NCBI GenBank assembly: GCA_964291415.2
Contig: OZ219920.1
Span: 992,001 to 1,056,000 of the forward strand
Direction: 5' to 3'
DNA length: 64,000 bases
Source: Alphaproteobacteria bacterium
Lineage (GTDB): Bacteria > Pseudomonadota > Alphaproteobacteria > SP197
Shown: piece after piece, positions 48,896-60,107 of the stretch
Layout of the letters: each line of letters starts with the position of its first letter
How positions within the stretch are numbered: position 1 is the stretch's first letter
The notes under the pieces: generated by a model
What the model was told of the DNA's origin: nothing
The model's database searches: none
Seen by the model: the letters and a program-made list of their open reading frames with translations, nothing else
Made by a program: the position numbers and the translations under genes

Positions 48896-50614
48896 ATGAC
48901 CCGTTGGGACAAGTCCAGGTTGCCGAGCCGCCACGTCTCGGTCGGCCCCAAGAGCGCACCGCATCGCGCCTTCTACTATGCCATGGGCATGAGTGATGCC
49001 GAGGTGGAGCAGCCCTTCGTCGGCGTGGCGACCACCTGGAATGAGGCAGCCCCCTGCAACATCACCCTGATGCGCCAGGCCCAGGCCGCCAAGAAGGGGG
49101 TGAAGGCCGGTGGCGGCACGCCCCGCGAGTTCACCACCATCACCGTGACCGACGGCATTGCGATGGGGCATGCCGGGATGAAGTCATCACTGGTCAGCCG
49201 CGAGGTGATTGCGGATTCGGTGGAACTCACCATGCGCGGTCATTGCTATGACGGCCTCGTCGGACTGGCCGGCTGTGACAAGTCCCTGCCCGGCATGATG
49301 ATGGCCATGGTGAGACTGAACGTCCCGTCGGTCTTCATGTACGGTGGTTCGATTCTGCCCGGGCGCTACCGCAACCGGGACGTCACCATCATCGATGTCT
49401 TCGAGGGTGTCGGAGCCAATGCCTCCGGCGCCATGAGCGATGACGAACTGGATGTGCTCGAACATGCCGCCTGTCCATCGGGTGGGTCGTGCGGCGGGCA
49501 GTTCACCGCCAATACCATGGCGACCGTGTCCGAAGCGATCGGTCTGGCTCTTCCCAATTCAGCCATGACGCCGGCGCCCTTCGACAGCCGCGACATGTTC
49601 GCCGAAGCCTCCGGTCAGGCGGTCATGCGTCTCATTGCCGACGATATCCGGCCACGCGACATCGTCACCCGCAAGGCGCTGGAGAATGCCGCCGTGGTGG
49701 TGGCCGCAACCGGTGGTTCCACCAACGCCGGACTGCATCTTCCTGCCATCGCCCATGAGGCCGGCATCGACTTCACCCTCGAGGATGTCTGCGACGTCTT
49801 TCGAAGAACCCCCTATATCGCCGATCTCAAGCCCGGCGGCCGTTACGTGGCCAAGGACCTCTATGGCATCGGTGGTATTCCGGTGCTGATCAGGACCCTT
49901 CTCGATGGTGGATTCCTGCATGGCGATACTCTCACCGTGACCGGAAAGACGCTCGCTGAAAACCATGCCGACGTCGTGTTTCCCGAAGATCAGGACGTGG
50001 TGCGTCCCGTGACCAATCCGCTGTCGAACACGGGTGGCGTGGTCGGCCTCAGGGGCAATCTTGCGCCCGAAGGCGCCATCGTGAAGATCGCCGGTCTCGC
50101 ACGCCTTCAGTTCCGTGGCCCGGCCCGTTGCTTTGACACCGAGGAGGCCTGCCTCGATGCCGTTCTCGCCAGCGCCTTCGATGAGGGAGACGTTCTGGTC
50201 ATACGCTACGAGGGGCCACGGGGCGGGCCGGGCATGCGCGAGATGCTGGCCACCACCAGCGCACTCTATGGTCAGGGAATGGGTGAAAAGGTGGCGCTGA
50301 TCACGGATGGCCGGTTTTCCGGTGCCACCCGCGGATTCTGCATCGGTCATGTGGGACCGGAGGCGGGAGCAGGCGGGCCGATCGGGCTCCTCAGGGACGG
50401 TGACATGATCGCCATCGACGCGGCGGCCGGAACACTCGATGTCGAACTCGACGCGGCAGAACTCGAAGCCCGCCGCAAGGCGTGGAAGCCCAGAACCACG
50501 GACTACAATTCGGGTGTCATCTGGAAGTACGCACAGACCGTGGGACCGGCCCGGCTTGGCGCCGTCTCCCACCCCGGTGGCGGAGGAGAAACCCACGTCT
50601 TCGCCGATCTGTGA
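48896..50614 (+). CDS. ilvD: Dihydroxy-acid dehydratase
   Basis: [52 protein letters not shown]. Confidence 0.97.
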   Translation: MTRWDKSRLPSRHVSVGPKSAPHRAFYYAMGMSDAEVEQPFVGVATTWNEAAPCNITLMRQAQAAKKGVKAGGGTPREFTTITVTDGIAMGHAGMKSSLVSREVIADSVELTMRGHCYDGLVGLAGCDKSLPGMMMAMVRLNVPSVFMYGGSILPGRYRNRDVTIIDVFEGVGANASGAMSDDELDVLEHAACPSGGSCGGQFTANTMATVSEAIGLALPNSAMTPAPFDSRDMFAEASGQAVMRLIADDIRPRDIVTRKALENAAVVVAATGGSTNAGLHLPAIAHEAGIDFTLEDVCDVFRRTPYIADLKPGGRYVAKDLYGIGGIPVLIRTLLDGGFLHGDTLTVTGKTLAENHADVVFPEDQDVVRPVTNPLSNTGGVVGLRGNLAPEGAIVKIAGLARLQFRGPARCFDTEEACLDAVLASAFDEGDVLVIRYEGPRGGPGMREMLATTSALYGQGMGEKVALITDGRFSGATRGFCIGHVGPEAGAGGPIGLLRDGDMIAIDAAAGTLDVELDAAELEARRKAWKPRTTDYNSGVIWKYAQTVGPARLGAVSHPGGGGETHVFADL

Positions 50615-50670
50615 CACCTGAGCGGCTGATCAATGGAAGCGGCGGCGTCCCGAAGTGCCCCGGTGTTCGG

Positions 50671-52857
50671 TCAGCCCTGCGGGGCCGGCGACGCTTCGTT
50701 GTCGGCGGGTGTCGTGTCGAAGGGCAGGTGCACGGTAAACTCGGTGTAGGTATCGGGTTCGGAGTCGACCGTGATGGTGCCGCCGTGCTGGCGAACGATG
50801 TCGTTCGACATCGCCAGTCCGAGCCCGGTTCCCTGGTCCGTCGGTTTGGTGGTGAAGAAGGGGTTGAATATCTTGTCGATGACGTCGTCGGGAATGCCGG
50901 AGCCGTTGTCGTGCACCGAGATCTCGACACCGTCCTCCAGCTTCTTGGTGCTGATCCGGATAACCGGGTCGAAGTGCGCTGACGGGTCCGCCTCGCGAAT
51001 CTTGCGCCGACGGTCATCGGCCGCATAGCAGGCGTTGCCGATCAGATTGAGAAAGACGCGGCCGATGTCCTGGGGGATGATGTCCATCTCCGGAACCTCG
51101 GGGTCGAGTTCAAAGACAAGTTCGGCCTGGAAGTTGGTGTCGGTTGCCCGAGCGCTGTGATAGGCGAGACGGGCATGCTCGTCGACAAGCGGATTGATCG
51201 CGTAGGGCTGACGCTCGCCCGAGCCACGGCCCATCATCAGCATGCTCTGCACGATGCTGTCGGCGCGCGTGCCATGCTGGCGGATGAGCCTGGTGTTCTC
51301 GACCAGGTCGTCGGTGATTTCCCGGACGAGGGCACGGCGTTCCTTCGTCTCTTCGTTTTCATCGATGTCGGCGAGCAGTGCCTCGATCTCCTCCACCATC
51401 TCCTCAAGCAGTTCCGTCGAGCCTTCGGCGAAATTCTTGATGAAGTTGAGGGGATTGCGGATCTCGTGAGCGACTCCTGCCGTCAGTTCACCGAGTGCTG
51501 CGAGCTTCTCGCGCATGACGATCTGGTCCTGGGCCTTTTCGAGATCGGTCAGCGCCGTCTCGATGAGCTCGTTCTTGGCCTTCAATTCGTTGGCCATCTT
51601 CTCGACAAGATTGAGTCGCTGGACTTCAAGGGCATGCTGCCGGAAGACTTCCAGGGCGGAGGACATCTCCGCAATCTCGTCGCTGCCGCGCACCTCGATC
51701 TCTTCCTCCAGGTCGCCCTTGGCCATGATCCGCATGCGTTCCGACAACCTCGACAGGCGCCGGATAAGGCCGCGACCAATGTAGAGCCAGGAGATCAGCG
51801 CAGCACCCACGACACTGACCAGGCTGATGCCGACCAGGAGATTGCGCCCGGTCAGGATGGCGTCCTCGGACGCTTCGGTCGCATCGATGGCGGCCTCTTC
51901 CGCGTCACCGACCAGCTTCTCGACGTTGCTGACAAGGTTGAGGGCCAGCGACTGGTTCAGTTCCAGAATGCTCTGGAGTTCGGTCTCGGTTTCGAGTTCC
52001 CGCTGGCGGATGTCGAAACTGCTGCCCTCGCCGCTTCCAAGCTGATCCATCGCATTGAAGAGACTCTCGAGCTGTTGCCTCTCGTCACTGTCGGGCAGGG
52101 TGTTGAGGTTGTGCTGGATTCCCCTTCTGACAGCCTCGAACCGTTCCTTCAGGGGCTCGAGAAGAGTGATGCTGGACGTGTTGAAGACCGTCGCCAGGAC
52201 TTCGAACGCCACCTTTGTGCCGGAGTGGATTTCCGAAAGGACCCGGTAGCGCAGAATCTCGTGGTCGGTGAACGCGTGGGTCCGGGACATCGGTACCTCG
52301 CCGAGAGCCCGGTAGCCGGTCATGGCATAGAACAGCTGGTCGTCGATGGCCGGAATGAGAAAGTGGTTGAGTTCCCTGGAGAGCACCGCCATGCGGTCCG
52401 TGACACGCAGGCGTGATGCCTCGAGTGCGAAGAGGTTCCACATCAGGTTCTCGATATCGACGATGGTGCTGATCAGATCGCGGCTCTGGGTGCGGATGGG
52501 CTGGAATTGCTCATCATCGCCGCCGAGTTCCTCGAGCAACCGCAGCTGACTGGCGAATTCGTCGCGATTCTGCTGGACCTCGAAACCGGTGTAGGTGAGG
52601 TCGAGTTGGGTGCCGGCCGAGGTGAGCTTCGGCGCCGCCGCTGCCAGGGCACCGCTGTGCTGGGCGATACCGAAGGCGGCGGCAATGGCCGGAACCGTTT
52701 CTTCGCTGACGTGCCGTTGGGCATCCGCGACGCGGTCGAAGGAGTACCAGCCCACCATGCCGGAGATGACCGTCAGCGTGACCGCCCCCATGATGGCGAT
52801 GGTGAGCTGCGCCGAGATGCGCGAGCGCAGATCGTAGAGGCGCCGGAACATCGTCAC
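50671..52857 (-). CDS. Membrane sensor histidine kinase with TorS-like periplasmic domain and HAMP
   Basis: Two TMs flanking a large helical domain, HAMP, AHEIRNPL, NLIGNA, DNGSG, FFTTK, GTGLGL. Confidence 0.92.
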   Translation of the reverse strand: MTMFRRLYDLRSRISAQLTIAIMGAVTLTVISGMVGWYSFDRVADAQRHVSEETVPAIAAAFGIAQHSGALAAAAPKLTSAGTQLDLTYTGFEVQQNRDEFASQLRLLEELGGDDEQFQPIRTQSRDLISTIVDIENLMWNLFALEASRLRVTDRMAVLSRELNHFLIPAIDDQLFYAMTGYRALGEVPMSRTHAFTDHEILRYRVLSEIHSGTKVAFEVLATVFNTSSITLLEPLKERFEAVRRGIQHNLNTLPDSDERQQLESLFNAMDQLGSGEGSSFDIRQRELETETELQSILELNQSLALNLVSNVEKLVGDAEEAAIDATEASEDAILTGRNLLVGISLVSVVGAALISWLYIGRGLIRRLSRLSERMRIMAKGDLEEEIEVRGSDEIAEMSSALEVFRQHALEVQRLNLVEKMANELKAKNELIETALTDLEKAQDQIVMREKLAALGELTAGVAHEIRNPLNFIKNFAEGSTELLEEMVEEIEALLADIDENEETKERRALVREITDDLVENTRLIRQHGTRADSIVQSMLMMGRGSGERQPYAINPLVDEHARLAYHSARATDTNFQAELVFELDPEVPEMDIIPQDIGRVFLNLIGNACYAADDRRRKIREADPSAHFDPVIRISTKKLEDGVEISVHDNGSGIPDDVIDKIFNPFFTTKPTDQGTGLGLAMSNDIVRQHGGTITVDSEPDTYTEFTVHLPFDTTPADNEASPAPQG

Positions 52858-54089
52858 TCCCCGCCGTCGCCGGCCGTCTCGATCACCGTCCGGTAACGGC
52901 CCTGATCATCGACGACCGTCAGGAAGACCGCATCGGACCCCTGGTTGCCGTCTCCGAACCGGATCGGGAACCCTCCAAGATCGATGACGCGATCGTCGGT
53001 CATGGTGTCGAGGAAACAGGCGCGATCGGGGGATTCCCCACAGCTTTCCAGGATGCTGACGGCCAGGCGACCCGCCAGGTAGCCCTCGAGTGACACGAAT
53101 CCGGGAGGAGTTTCCGGAAACTCCCGCGCCAGAAGCGTGCGATAGTGCTCGACGATCGGTGGACTGGCGACAGTGCTGTCATCGTCAACCACGCGAACGC
53201 GCCCGTCATCGATGAAGACAGCGCCCTCGTTGTCGCCCGGTGGCGGAACCACCTGGGTCACGAAGATGCCGCTGCTGGCGGGTCCGAGTTTCTCGATGAG
53301 TGCATTGCTGCCGACGAACGAGATGGTCATGAAATGGGGTTCGAAGCCGATCTGTTTCGCCCAGGCGATGAAAGTGGCCACCGGATCATAGGCGCCAACG
53401 AGTACGACTGCATCGGGATTGGCGGCTCGAAGATCGAGAAGCCCTGTCTTGACTGCCGTGGTGTTGCGTGGGTAGACGCCGGTTCCGACCATCGCAAGAC
53501 CACGGCGCTCGAGAGCGATCTGCACACCGCGCAGACCGGCCTGGCCGAATGAATCGTCCTGGTAGAACACGCCAATACGGTCGATACCCAGGGATCTTGT
53601 CAGGAAATCGACGATTTTCTCGGTTTCCTGATAGTATGACGCCCGCAAGTTGATCACGGTGCTCCACTGGCGGTCTCGCAGGAAGGCGGCGCCGGTGAAG
53701 GGTGCGATGTAGGGCACATTGTCGGCGTGGGCCACCGGGACGGCAGACCTCGAGGTTGGCGTGCCGACGGCGCCGATCAGCGCAAAGACGTTCTCCCGTG
53801 TGATCAGCTCCGTCGTGTTGGCGATGGCCGCTTCCGGCTCGTAGGCATCATCGAGCGAGACAAGTTCGAGAGTGCGGCCAAAGACACCGCCCGCCTCGTT
53901 GGCTTCCGCAAATGCCAACTCGATGCCCAGCCGAATCTCCTTTCCAAGATCCTGCGCCGGTCCGCTGAAGGCTGCCGACTGTCCGAACTTGATGGAATCG
54001 TCGTCGACGCCGGACTCCTGGCCGTGGGCAAGGCTGGCGGCCAGGACGAGAACGGCAGCGCACAATCGGGGCTGCAGGGCCCGTAGCAT
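52854..54089 (-). CDS. Periplasmic substrate-binding protein (branched-chain amino acid/LivJ-like family)
   Basis: Signal peptide, GQSAAFSGP, LDDAYEP, VGTPT, LRASY, LEGY. Confidence 0.9.
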   Translation of the reverse strand: MLRALQPRLCAAVLVLAASLAHGQESGVDDDSIKFGQSAAFSGPAQDLGKEIRLGIELAFAEANEAGGVFGRTLELVSLDDAYEPEAAIANTTELITRENVFALIGAVGTPTSRSAVPVAHADNVPYIAPFTGAAFLRDRQWSTVINLRASYYQETEKIVDFLTRSLGIDRIGVFYQDDSFGQAGLRGVQIALERRGLAMVGTGVYPRNTTAVKTGLLDLRAANPDAVVLVGAYDPVATFIAWAKQIGFEPHFMTISFVGSNALIEKLGPASSGIFVTQVVPPPGDNEGAVFIDDGRVRVVDDDSTVASPPIVEHYRTLLAREFPETPPGFVSLEGYLAGRLAVSILESCGESPDRACFLDTMTDDRVIDLGGFPIRFGDGNQGSDAVFLTVVDDQGRYRTVIETAGDGGE

Positions 54090-54508
54090 CAGTTCCTCCG
54101 CTTGGAGAGTGCCACGTGATTCTTGTTGTCGTCCCGCCAGTACCGGACGTCATCCACGAGCGTCTTGACGAAATGAACGCCGAGTCCGCCGACCCTGCGT
54201 TCTGCCAGCGCCGAGTCCGTGTCGGGATCCGGGGCATCCTCCAGGGGGTTGAAAGGGTCGCCATCGTCAACGATCCGGATCCTGACTTCGTCATCGTCGG
54301 ACTCGATCGTGACCGTCATGTCGTGATCGAGGTTGTCGCTGTGGGCGTAGTTGACCACGTTGGTGCACAGTTCATCGAGAACCAGCCTGATCTTGAATTC
54401 GATGTCCGGTTGCCAGCCCTCGGCGCCGGAAACCTCGTCCACGGCGGTCTCGACCTTCTGCAGTTCCTCGATGGTCGTCCTGATGACCAGGGTCGTGCTG
54501 GCTGCCAC
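54089..54508 (-). CDS. Anti-sigma factor/Ser kinase, RsbW-like
   Basis: ELCTNVVNYA, DDGDPFNP, GGLGVHFV. Confidence 0.9.
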   Translation of the reverse strand: MAASTTLVIRTTIEELQKVETAVDEVSGAEGWQPDIEFKIRLVLDELCTNVVNYAHSDNLDHDMTVTIESDDDEVRIRIVDDGDPFNPLEDAPDPDTDSALAERRVGGLGVHFVKTLVDDVRYWRDDNKNHVALSKRRN

Positions 54509-54512
54509 ACCA

Positions 54513-55670
54513 TCACTCCGAACGGTAGAGAGTGAGACACGTGATGTCGTCAAACTGCGGAGCGTCCCCCGAGAAGGCCTCAACCGCTCTGAACACGATG
54601 TCGTTGGCTTCCCTGGCGCTTGTCGGCGGCGACTCGCTGAACAGTTCCGTCAGCTGTTCCAGGCCGAACTGGTCCTGGTTCACGTTCTCGGCCTCCGTCA
54701 CGCCGTCGGTATAGCAGACGGCCATGTCACCGGGCTCCAGCCGGATCTGCTGTTGCGTGTACTCGATGCCGGGCACAACCCCGAGCGCAACGCCGGCGGA
54801 GGTGCCGAACACTGTGTGGCTGCCATCCGCGTGGACGATGAGCGGGGGATTGTGACCTGCATTGGCAAAGGTGAGGAGGCCCGAGGCGGGATCGTAGATG
54901 GCAAAGAACAGGGTCACGAACATCGACGTTTCGTTGTTCTCGTTCAGCAGTTCGTTGACTTCCGTCAGCACTTCGCTTGGCGACGTTCTGCCAACAGCTG
55001 CGCCCTTGAGAAGGGTGCGGCTCGACATCATGAAGAGTGCGGCGGGGACGCCCTTTCCGGAGACATCCGCTATGGCCAGGCCGACCCTGTTGTCAGGCAG
55101 GTTGAGAATGTCGAAAAAATCGCCGCCGACGTCCCGGGCCGGCTCCATGTTGGCAAAGACCTGGTAGGTCTGCGTCTCCGGAAAACTCGTCGGAAGGATT
55201 GCCTGCTGCATCGATCGTCCGACGCTGAGCTCGTTTTCCAGGGCGACGAGCTTGTCGCGTGATTGCAGTGCTTCGCGGAGCATCGTGAGATGCCGCAGGG
55301 TGCGATCGATGGTGACCCTCAGATCATCGAAATCAAGCGGCTTGGTCACGAAGTCGAAGGCGCCGCGATTCATCGCGGTGCGGATGTTCTTCATGTCGCC
55401 ATAGGCCGAGACAATCACCGAACGGATGTTGGGATCCACCTTGGGAATCTGTTCCAGCAGCGTCAGGCCATCCATCTCGGGCATGTTGATGTCCGAGAGA
55501 ACCATCTCGATTTCGGGGTCCTCGTTGAGCGCCTCGAGGGCCTGGACGCCGTTGCCGGCAAACGTGAAGTGGAACTTCCCGCGTCTGATCTCCCGGCGCA
55601 TGCGCTGCAGCATCAGGCGCTCCAGATCCGGTTCATCGTCAACGACAAGTATCTTGCGGGGTTCGGTCAT
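54513..55670 (-). CDS. Response regulator receiver + PP2C (SpoIIE/RsbU-like) phosphatase
   Basis: VVDDE, SDINMP, TKP; VGGDFFD, ADVSGKG, NAGH, YTDGVTE, DDIT. Confidence 0.95.
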   Translation of the reverse strand: MTEPRKILVVDDEPDLERLMLQRMRREIRRGKFHFTFAGNGVQALEALNEDPEIEMVLSDINMPEMDGLTLLEQIPKVDPNIRSVIVSAYGDMKNIRTAMNRGAFDFVTKPLDFDDLRVTIDRTLRHLTMLREALQSRDKLVALENELSVGRSMQQAILPTSFPETQTYQVFANMEPARDVGGDFFDILNLPDNRVGLAIADVSGKGVPAALFMMSSRTLLKGAAVGRTSPSEVLTEVNELLNENNETSMFVTLFFAIYDPASGLLTFANAGHNPPLIVHADGSHTVFGTSAGVALGVVPGIEYTQQQIRLEPGDMAVCYTDGVTEAENVNQDQFGLEQLTELFSESPPTSAREANDIVFRAVEAFSGDAPQFDDITCLTLYRSE

Positions 55671-55718
55671 GGGGCGCCCATCAGTAAAGTCAACCGGAGG
55701 TAAGCGGGTGATGCGGCC

Positions 55719-56060
55719 TTACTTTTCCTGTGTGGCGTCAAGCGCCTCGGCCTTGTCGGCACACACCTGGATGATCTTGTCGAATCCGGCTATGGAAAAC
55801 ACCTCCTGGATGGATGGCTGCAACGAATGAAGCGCCAGCTTCGCATTGCGCGTCCACAGGTTCTTGGTGATCACCAGAACCGCCCTCAATCCAGCGCTGT
55901 TGATGTAGCTCAGGTTCTCGAAGTCAACGATGACCCTGCGGATGTCATCCGTGATGGCCCTTTCCATCAGGTGCTGGAACTCGCTGACCGTGGCGCTGTC
56001 AATGCGGCCGTTGACGGTGGTGACAAGGACATCGTCCTCTCGCTCTGTCCTGACTTCCAT
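55719..56060 (-). CDS. STAS anti-sigma factor antagonist, RsbV-like
   Basis: GRIDS, VDFENLSYINSAGLR with the conserved phospho-acceptor Ser. Confidence 0.93.
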   Translation of the reverse strand: MEVRTEREDDVLVTTVNGRIDSATVSEFQHLMERAITDDIRRVIVDFENLSYINSAGLRAVLVITKNLWTRNAKLALHSLQPSIQEVFSIAGFDKIIQVCADKAEALDATQEK

Positions 56061-56236
56061 TGTTGAGACCCGCTTTCTCCTGTTGGCGCTGAAATGGCGA
56101 TGACATCAGGGAATCGGACGATTCCCCGGGCAACGAACGGAATGCCGCATCCCTTCTGTCGGTCGGCAGCCTCCGGTGATCCCGATGATCATTCCCGAAA
56201 CCTAGAACGCCCCTGCCTGCTGTTCAAGCCTGTCGC

Positions 56237-59200
56237 TCATGACTTTGTGCCCATGTCGAGGATCGTTCCGAAGTGGAGGCGCGCCTGTTTCGCCGCATGA
56301 TCGATGGAATCGACAAGGGCATGGGAGACAAGCTGTCCGCCGAGCCGTTCCATGAGCGCGGTGTCGGCCAGGCTGCCGGCCCCTTCCTCTTCTCCGCTCA
56401 GCCGCGCCATGCCCTGGAGATTGTTCCACAGCGCCGTCGTTTCGCCGAGTTCGATGGCGACATCTTCGGCGATGAGGGAGAGGTCGCCGGCGCGTTCGAA
56501 AACTCCGATGGTGTTTCCTGCCAGGATCTCCGGCGTGTCGCGGGCATGCAGAAGCTCCAGGTACTGGGCGATGAACTCGACATCGAGAAGCCCTCCCGGC
56601 ATGTGCTTGATCGTCTCCTGGCTGGCTCGGTTTTCTTCGCGAATGCGCTCTCGCATGTCGATGACGTCGCCAGCAAGGGCTTCCCGGGCGCGCGCCCTGG
56701 TCAGAACGTCATGGCGCACCCGTTCGAACTCGTCCCCAAGTCGTCCGCTGGCGGCGACGACACGGGCCCTGGTGAGGGCCTGGTGTTCCCACGTCCATGC
56801 ATTCTCGTGCTGGTAGGATTCGAAGGAATCGAGGGAACAGGCAATGGGACCGGCCTTTCCGGAGGGGCGCAGCCTCATGTCGACGTCATAGAGGCGGCCT
56901 TCCCTGGTCGGCGCCGTGATGGCGGTGATCAGGCGGCGGCACAGGCGCGCATAGTAGTGAGTGGCCGGGAGTGGCTTGCGGCCATCCGACGCCGCCTCGC
57001 TGCCGCTCTGGTCATAGAGGAACAGGAGGTCGAGATCCGAACTCACCGTCATCTCCCGGCTGCCAAGCTTGCCGAAGGCGATGATCGCGAAGGAGCCGCC
57101 GGGTACACGGCCATGATCCGCCTCGAACTCCCTTTCGACGACGGGCAGCAGGGCGGAAATGCAGGCGTCGGCAATGTCGGAGAGAGGGCGGGCGGCCTCG
57201 ACCGGAGTCAGCATGCCCTCGAGCAGGTGCACGCCGATCTGGAAGACCTTGTCGTTTGCCCAGCGCCTGACCTCGTCAAGCACGTCCTGGAGGTCTCGTG
57301 CCCGGCCGGTGGCCTCGGCCAGCTGGGCGGTCATTTCCTCCCTGTCGAGTTCCAGGGTGTAGAACAGGCGCACCAGACCCCGGCGGGCGGTTTCGGCAAT
57401 CTCCGCTTCGAGGTCCTCGTCATCGAAGGAAAGATCGGTGAACTCGCGGGCGAGCACGCTGTCCATCAGCGTCGGCTTGCGGGTGAGCCAGCGGGACAGA
57501 TATGGCGCCACGCCCAGGATCTCGCCGAGCAGTTCCAGAAGATGTGGATGGGCGGCAACGAGGGAAAGGAAGGATGTACCGGCGGGCAGGCGGGACAGGA
57601 ATTCATCGAACTTCATCAGCACGGCATCGCAGTCGCGCAATCCGGCGAACACGCCCAGCGCCGAGGGTGCAAGGCGCATCAGGTGTTCGATGGATTGCGG
57701 GGTCCGCAGTACCGGGTATGGCCCCGCCTTCCATGCCATGACGGTGGCGGCAGCGCGTTCGGGCTCGCCATAGCCCAGCGCCGCGAGGCTCTTGCGGGTC
57801 GTGTCATCCACCGAATCTCCGGTGAAATCCATGGGTTGTTGCCTGATGCTCTCCACCCTCTCCGCGAAGAGACTGGTGTAGTGCCTTTCGACAACGGCCA
57901 CGGCGTCGAGAAACGAGCATTCCAGTGCATCGGCGTCCGCAAATCCCGAGAAAGCCGCGATGTTGCCGATACCTTCCGCGTTCGCGGGAAGGCTGTGCGT
58001 CTGGCGGTCGTCGACCATCTGCAGCCGGTGCTCGAGGGTGCGCAGAAAGCGGTAGGCCTCTTTCAGTTCAATGGCCGCACCGTGGGTCACGTGCCCGCCT
58101 GCAACGAGGATGTCGAGCGTCTCGCAGGTCCCCCTGGTTCGCAAGGCGGTTTCCCGGCCACCCCAGATCAGCTGTTGTGCCTGCACATAGAATTCAATCT
58201 CGCGAATGCCACCGCCGCCGAGCTTGACGTTGCGTCCCATGAACGTTCCGCCGTCGCGGGAGCGTGACGAGTCGATCTGCTGCTTGATGGTCCGGATATC
58301 CTGCATGGCCGCGAAATCCAGATGGCGCCTCCAGATGAAGGGCTGCAGCTCTTCGAGAAAAACCTCGCCCCTTGCCGTGTCGCCGGCCACGGTGCGTGCC
58401 TTGATCATGGCGGCGCGCTCCCAGTTGCGCGCCGACTCGCGATAGTAGGTTCCGGCAGAGACGGTGGAGATGGCCGGGGGCGTCGACGACGGGTCGGGAC
58501 GCAGTCTGAGATCGGTGCGAAAGACATAGCCGTCGGCAGTCTGTGCGTCGATGATCCGCGTCAGGCCCTGGGCAAAGCGTGTCATTGTCCGCTGCAGATC
58601 CTCGGCTCCAGTGGTCGGCACGATCTCGGGATCAAAGAGAATGATGAGATCGATGTCGCTGGAGTAATTGAGTTCGCCCGCCCCGAACTTGCCCATGCCG
58701 AGAACGAAGAGTCCGCACGCCGTTTCCGCATCATCCGGGTCCGCAAGGATGAGTCTCTCCCTTGCGTGAAGCGCTCGCAACAGGTGCCGGCAGGCCGTCC
58801 TGAGAGCGGTTTCGGCGAATTGCGAGAGGTTGCCGGTGACCTGCTCGAGCGACCAGAGGGACGAGATGTCGGCAAGGCCAGCCGCGAGATGGACACGCCG
58901 CTTGGCACGCCTCAGGCGAGTCATGAGGTCCTTTTCGGTTTCCCCGTCGATGTCCGGCCCCGCCATCGCGATGGCCGCATCGAAGGCGGCGTCCGGGCCG
59001 TCGCCGATCAGCGTCAAGGCGAACAGGGGATCGACCGTCACGCAGCGTGACAGGTAGGGGCTGTGTCGGAAGACGGGATCGAGGATTCCCTCGGCGGCGG
59101 GGCGCAAATCGAGGGCCCGCGTCCTCAGCTCCTCGTCACGAATTCGCCCGGCTGCCGCCTGCCAGCGCTGCCAGAGAAGCTCGACGCTCTCGGGAACCAA

Positions 59201-59239
59201 CTCCGGGGCCTTCAGTCCGGACCAGGCCTGGAAAATCAT
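56237..59239 (-). CDS. glnE: Bifunctional glutamine synthetase adenylyltransferase/removase
   Basis: Two nucleotidyltransferase domains: MGKFGAGELNYSSDIDL..DLRLRP and FGKLGSREMTVSSDLDL..DMRLRPSG. Confidence 0.96.
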   Translation of the reverse strand: MIFQAWSGLKAPELVPESVELLWQRWQAAAGRIRDEELRTRALDLRPAAEGILDPVFRHSPYLSRCVTVDPLFALTLIGDGPDAAFDAAIAMAGPDIDGETEKDLMTRLRRAKRRVHLAAGLADISSLWSLEQVTGNLSQFAETALRTACRHLLRALHARERLILADPDDAETACGLFVLGMGKFGAGELNYSSDIDLIILFDPEIVPTTGAEDLQRTMTRFAQGLTRIIDAQTADGYVFRTDLRLRPDPSSTPPAISTVSAGTYYRESARNWERAAMIKARTVAGDTARGEVFLEELQPFIWRRHLDFAAMQDIRTIKQQIDSSRSRDGGTFMGRNVKLGGGGIREIEFYVQAQQLIWGGRETALRTRGTCETLDILVAGGHVTHGAAIELKEAYRFLRTLEHRLQMVDDRQTHSLPANAEGIGNIAAFSGFADADALECSFLDAVAVVERHYTSLFAERVESIRQQPMDFTGDSVDDTTRKSLAALGYGEPERAAATVMAWKAGPYPVLRTPQSIEHLMRLAPSALGVFAGLRDCDAVLMKFDEFLSRLPAGTSFLSLVAAHPHLLELLGEILGVAPYLSRWLTRKPTLMDSVLAREFTDLSFDDEDLEAEIAETARRGLVRLFYTLELDREEMTAQLAEATGRARDLQDVLDEVRRWANDKVFQIGVHLLEGMLTPVEAARPLSDIADACISALLPVVEREFEADHGRVPGGSFAIIAFGKLGSREMTVSSDLDLLFLYDQSGSEAASDGRKPLPATHYYARLCRRLITAITAPTREGRLYDVDMRLRPSGKAGPIACSLDSFESYQHENAWTWEHQALTRARVVAASGRLGDEFERVRHDVLTRARAREALAGDVIDMRERIREENRASQETIKHMPGGLLDVEFIAQYLELLHARDTPEILAGNTIGVFERAGDLSLIAEDVAIELGETTALWNNLQGMARLSGEEEGAGSLADTALMERLGGQLVSHALVDSIDHAAKQARLHFGTILDMGTKS

Positions 59240-59300
59240 CCGCTACCCGTCTCGCAGTGGAAGGGTGCGGAAGTCTGTGGACTGGCAACAGATGAGTCAA

Positions 59301-60107
59301 TCAGCGTGCCCGCGGCATGTCGACCGCCGGCTTCACGGGTTCCTGCAGGCGAAAGAGCCTGCCCGGACCGGCCATGGGATCATGGACACCGATCTGCCGC
59401 AGCATGCGCCAGACGAGTGCCTGGTTGCTCGTCACGACCGGTCTGCCGGTCTCATCCTCGATCGCGTCGATGACCTCGACAGCGCGAAGGGCCGTGCACG
59501 ACAGGAATATGCCGTCACAATTGATTGTGCAGGCGTCGAGGGCGAGGCGCGCGATGTCACGGGGCTCGACTCGCGCCATGTCCCGACCCCGGGCAATGCC
59601 GAGTCCCCTCATGGAGCAGACTTCGAATCCGCGATCTTCGAGGAACGCCGCCTCCATGCGGTTGACCTCGTCGAGATAGGGCGTACCCACAGCCACACGG
59701 GTGATCCCGAGATGGCGCATGGCGTCGACGACGCACGTGACCAGCGCCAGGGCACGGGTCTCCGGCTGTGCGCTCCTGATGGCGCGTTCGACGGCAGCCT
59801 CGCCCGCGGCAATGCTGCCCGAGGTGCACACATAGGCGATGGCGTCGAGATTCTCGGGCAGCAGGCGCGCCGCATCGTTCAGATCTCCGGCAACCGCAGC
59901 CAGATTCTGCACGTTCACCGGATCGGCAAGCCGCACTCTGGTAACGAAGACACCGACATCCCGCGGCACCATCGCCCGGATGTCGTCGTCCGCCGTCTCT
60001 TCGGTGTCGAGAAGGATGAAGCCCAGGCGCCCCCTGGCATGGCGTCCCTGTCCCTCGTTGCCGGGCGAGAGACACGGCCGGACCCGGGTCGAGGCGTGGT
60101 CAGTCAT
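59301..60107 (-). CDS. Asp/Glu racemase / maleate isomerase family (EutA-like)
   Basis: YVCTSGS, TPY, LSCTAL, PVVTSNQA. Confidence 0.88.
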   Translation of the reverse strand: MTDHASTRVRPCLSPGNEGQGRHARGRLGFILLDTEETADDDIRAMVPRDVGVFVTRVRLADPVNVQNLAAVAGDLNDAARLLPENLDAIAYVCTSGSIAAGEAAVERAIRSAQPETRALALVTCVVDAMRHLGITRVAVGTPYLDEVNRMEAAFLEDRGFEVCSMRGLGIARGRDMARVEPRDIARLALDACTINCDGIFLSCTALRAVEVIDAIEDETGRPVVTSNQALVWRMLRQIGVHDPMAGPGRLFRLQEPVKPAVDMPRAR

